Assembly (NCBI GenBank): GCA_044892505.1
Contig: CM097882.1
Coordinates: 172,670,001-172,734,000 of the forward strand
Direction: 5' to 3'
DNA length: 64,000 nt
DNA from: Schmidtea nova
Lineage: Eukaryota
Positions within the stretch are counted from its first letter, which is position 1. Each line of letters starts with the position of its first letter. Under the pieces are notes generated by a model. That model was not told the DNA's origin and did not search any database. It saw only the letters and a program-made list of their open reading frames with translations. A program made the position numbers and the translations under genes. This document shows positions 61,081 to 64,000 of the stretch, piece by piece.

Positions 61081-64000
61081 CTTAAAAATAGTTTTTGTTG
61101 AAATTAATATAATGAAAATTGTAAAGGGCAAAAATATGTTTAAATAATTTCCATTAAAAAAAAATATTTGAAAATGAAATTATGAAATTATCTCCTAATT
61201 CAGTAAGCCGCTATGATGTTTAAGTACGAGTACCTGAGAAGAAGAGTCGGATTTAAAAGGAATTGTGTCATCAAAGAGTTTGAGTCCCTTTTGTTACTGT
61301 CAGGCTTAATTCTATCTCAAGAATTAAATTTTGCGGATTATATTTTAAAAGAGTCTTTTCTATAGTCTTTTGTATACTTTTGTTTATTTTGCTTTTTATG
61401 GTACTGCCAATGACCTATAAATGCTGTCAAAATGTATTTATTTTTTTAATTACAACATCACATACAAAATCGTAAAAGGAACATACAATTGTTTTTCATC
61501 TCTACATTTGTTCATTTTAGTTTTGTGGAGTGGAAGAATTTATGAGGGCTCTTGTGGGGTCCTCATAAAATCCCGGAGTCCTGTGGATAATCCAACCCTG
61601 CTGATGAGTAACTGATAGCAAACAATGTTTTACACTAAAATAAGATGTTTGAGGAGTTCCATAAGAAAAGAATATAAAAATGTCACCTAAAGCATTATTT
61701 AGGATTTGAAAAAAAACATATTTTGTTCGACCAGAAATCTTATATATCTCACTGGAACTTATAAGAGTGTGACCGATTGATTTGACTCGAGTCTTATTGG
61801 TGTATATGGTAATTTGCAAAGATGCTATTTTTAATTGAAAAACAAGTCAATTTTCAATTGTCAAAGGCAGGAAAACAAAAGCTCTTATAGGATAACAATA
61901 ATTTGAAGAAAGTTGTGAAAGAAACATTAATTTAATAATTAGATGAACATACCGATCACACCGATCACACAAATGATAAAACTTTATTTTTATACAAAAA
62001 TTGCAGTTATTTGTAAAAAATAATCTTAACTTAATAAAAAGATGATTTTACCAAACGAACAGTAAAGAGTTAAGCTACTAGAATTCAAATTGAACCTAGA
62101 GACATTGTATTTTGGTACGTTGCAACGTTCCAAACTTAAGATGAAAAATATACTGCGAACGTAGAAAAACGTGAGAGACAATTGACTGTTCCTCAGAAAC
62201 TAAATATCAGCTTTATATTTAACACTATATTTAACTCTATAAATATCTTAATGTATAGACTAGACTAATGTATAGTTAATATAGTTGTTTAAATATTCGA
62301 AATTGTAGGTATAAATTTAAAATAAAGATTATTATGGTTGTCAAATTTTATATTGTAGTGTAATGACATTGCACTCGCTTTCTTCTGAAATCATAATTAA
62401 ATTTTAATAATAACAAGATTTAATTCCAAAAAGTTTTATTCTTTTTTAGAACATCTTATTCAAACAATATTAACCAATAATATTATTTGAATATTTTATT
62501 TTAATTTTATTCAGAATTGAAATAAAATACTTTTAATATTTTAAATTAAAATTGTATAATTTCATTTTTAAATCAATATTTATTAAACTTATTTTATCAA
62601 TTTTTAAATTTTTATATTAACACCTCTTAATTTATATGATGTAAGCGGCCAGGGTTCCGGTTACGTTGAACGATTACAATGCAATATCGTTATATCTTAG
62701 TAATTGTATATGATTATTTTATTTTATAAAAACGATAAAATTATTTTATTCATAAATTAATTTTTGTTTAATATTGCTCCTAATAAAAATTTAATAAATA
62801 AAATTAAGCCGTTGGTGCAAAATCTTTTATTAAGTAAAAATTTTCGATTGTAAAATAATCCTTATCACTCTCAACAATATGCTCGTTGAGCAGCAACAGT
62901 AGGTAAACCAGCTGAATAGAGTGAAGAATCGATGATGAATCAGTCGGATATGGCGCCTGCGGAAGCCAAACTACGACAGTAGGTATTACCCGCAAACGTA
63001 AGAAAAAATGATCAAAAATCGATGGCATCGTTGGCGTCATAAACTACAAGCATGGAAGCAGGTGAAACAAACCCAAAGAGCGTATCGGCAAAGAGACATG
63101 AGTAAAGGAGAGTAGGAAAGATATTTTTTTTGTTTTGTTTGTTTGTTAATAAACTTCTTGCTTTGAGCGTTCTTCAATTTTGATTTATTATTATTGTGGT
63201 AAATAACTAGGATAAAGTAGTGAGGAAGTTTTGCTTTGAATCACAACATTGAAATACAGAGATTTTTCAAATAAAAACGAGTTAAGGTAAACGAATGTAA
63301 ACGTGAAATTAGACAGGAGGCGAAACGGAGAGTTAATAGTCTATTGCAGAGATGCTAGAAGCTTGAACATATCTGGTTCAGTCCGGACAAAATGAAAAGA
63401 GATCACAACAGATAGAAGCTCTCGAAAAACGAGTGACTAAAAATGACATAGAGAATAATAAATAAATTAGAACACGCTGGGTTTCAAAAATTAAGATACA
63501 CCAAGCCTGAATTTCATTTATGTATTTTCCATATTAATCAGTTTAAATTTCTAGATTATTTTTTAATTTAATTTTAAGATAATTATTTTTTGTTAAATGT
63601 AACAATTTTATTATTTTTAAATATGTTTTATATAAATTTTTAGATTAGGAATTATTTCATTCAAAATGTTAATTATTTTTTTATTATTTTGTTAAATATT
63701 TTTCTCTTCAATTGATTAGATTTAATAATTTAAATCACTGTCGGTTTTAAGTCTTCAATTCCGTCATAAATTTATTTAATTAAAATTTTATAAAAAGTGC
63801 CAAATAATCAACTATTTAACCACAAGTTAATTTCTATATCCAACTTAATAAAAAATCGTCTGTAATGTTTGGCTGGGGGAATCGAAAATAAATTTAAATT
63901 AAATTCATCAAAATAAAATACATATAAAAGGAAACACATTCAAAACGCACGATAAGACATTGAGCAGTTAAATAAGGCAAGGGAAAATAAAACAGTAAAG

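Noticed and set aside
61540-61630. Hairpin plus CTGATGAG as another hammerhead
   Set aside because: There is no GAAA core after a plausible stem II (gcaaac instead), and no second copy in the window.

Overview
AT-rich eukaryotic (metazoan) genomic DNA; the species cannot be determined from the window. It is plausibly a flatworm-like genome with 44-46 nt minimal introns, but that is unverified. The window lies entirely inside one minus-strand axonemal dynein heavy chain gene (DNAH10-like). I traced 15 phase-consistent GT-AG exons, about 3,965 nt, covering the linker end through AAA1-AAA4. The large introns are filled with mobile DNA: two mariner copies, Tc1, two hAT elements, a piggyBac MITE, a MULE remnant, a full-length decayed Ty3/Gypsy element, and two Penelope-like families, one carrying a variant minimal hammerhead ribozyme. 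The standout is a 10,021-bp element at 5215-15235 with about 2.9-kb terminal inverted repeats, AGTAGG...CCTACT ends and a duplicated target site (AGTAAT), resembling a non-autonomous Polinton/Maverick. It has no transposition genes. Its only gene, present once in each arm, is an intact, spliced, TATA-driven, BIR-less IAP-type RING protein. The arms also hold dense arrays of AP-1, E2F and SOX/TCF-like motifs. Five N gaps (21088-21275, 28773-29012, 31521-31975, 32994-33182, 47967-48195) limit some calls.
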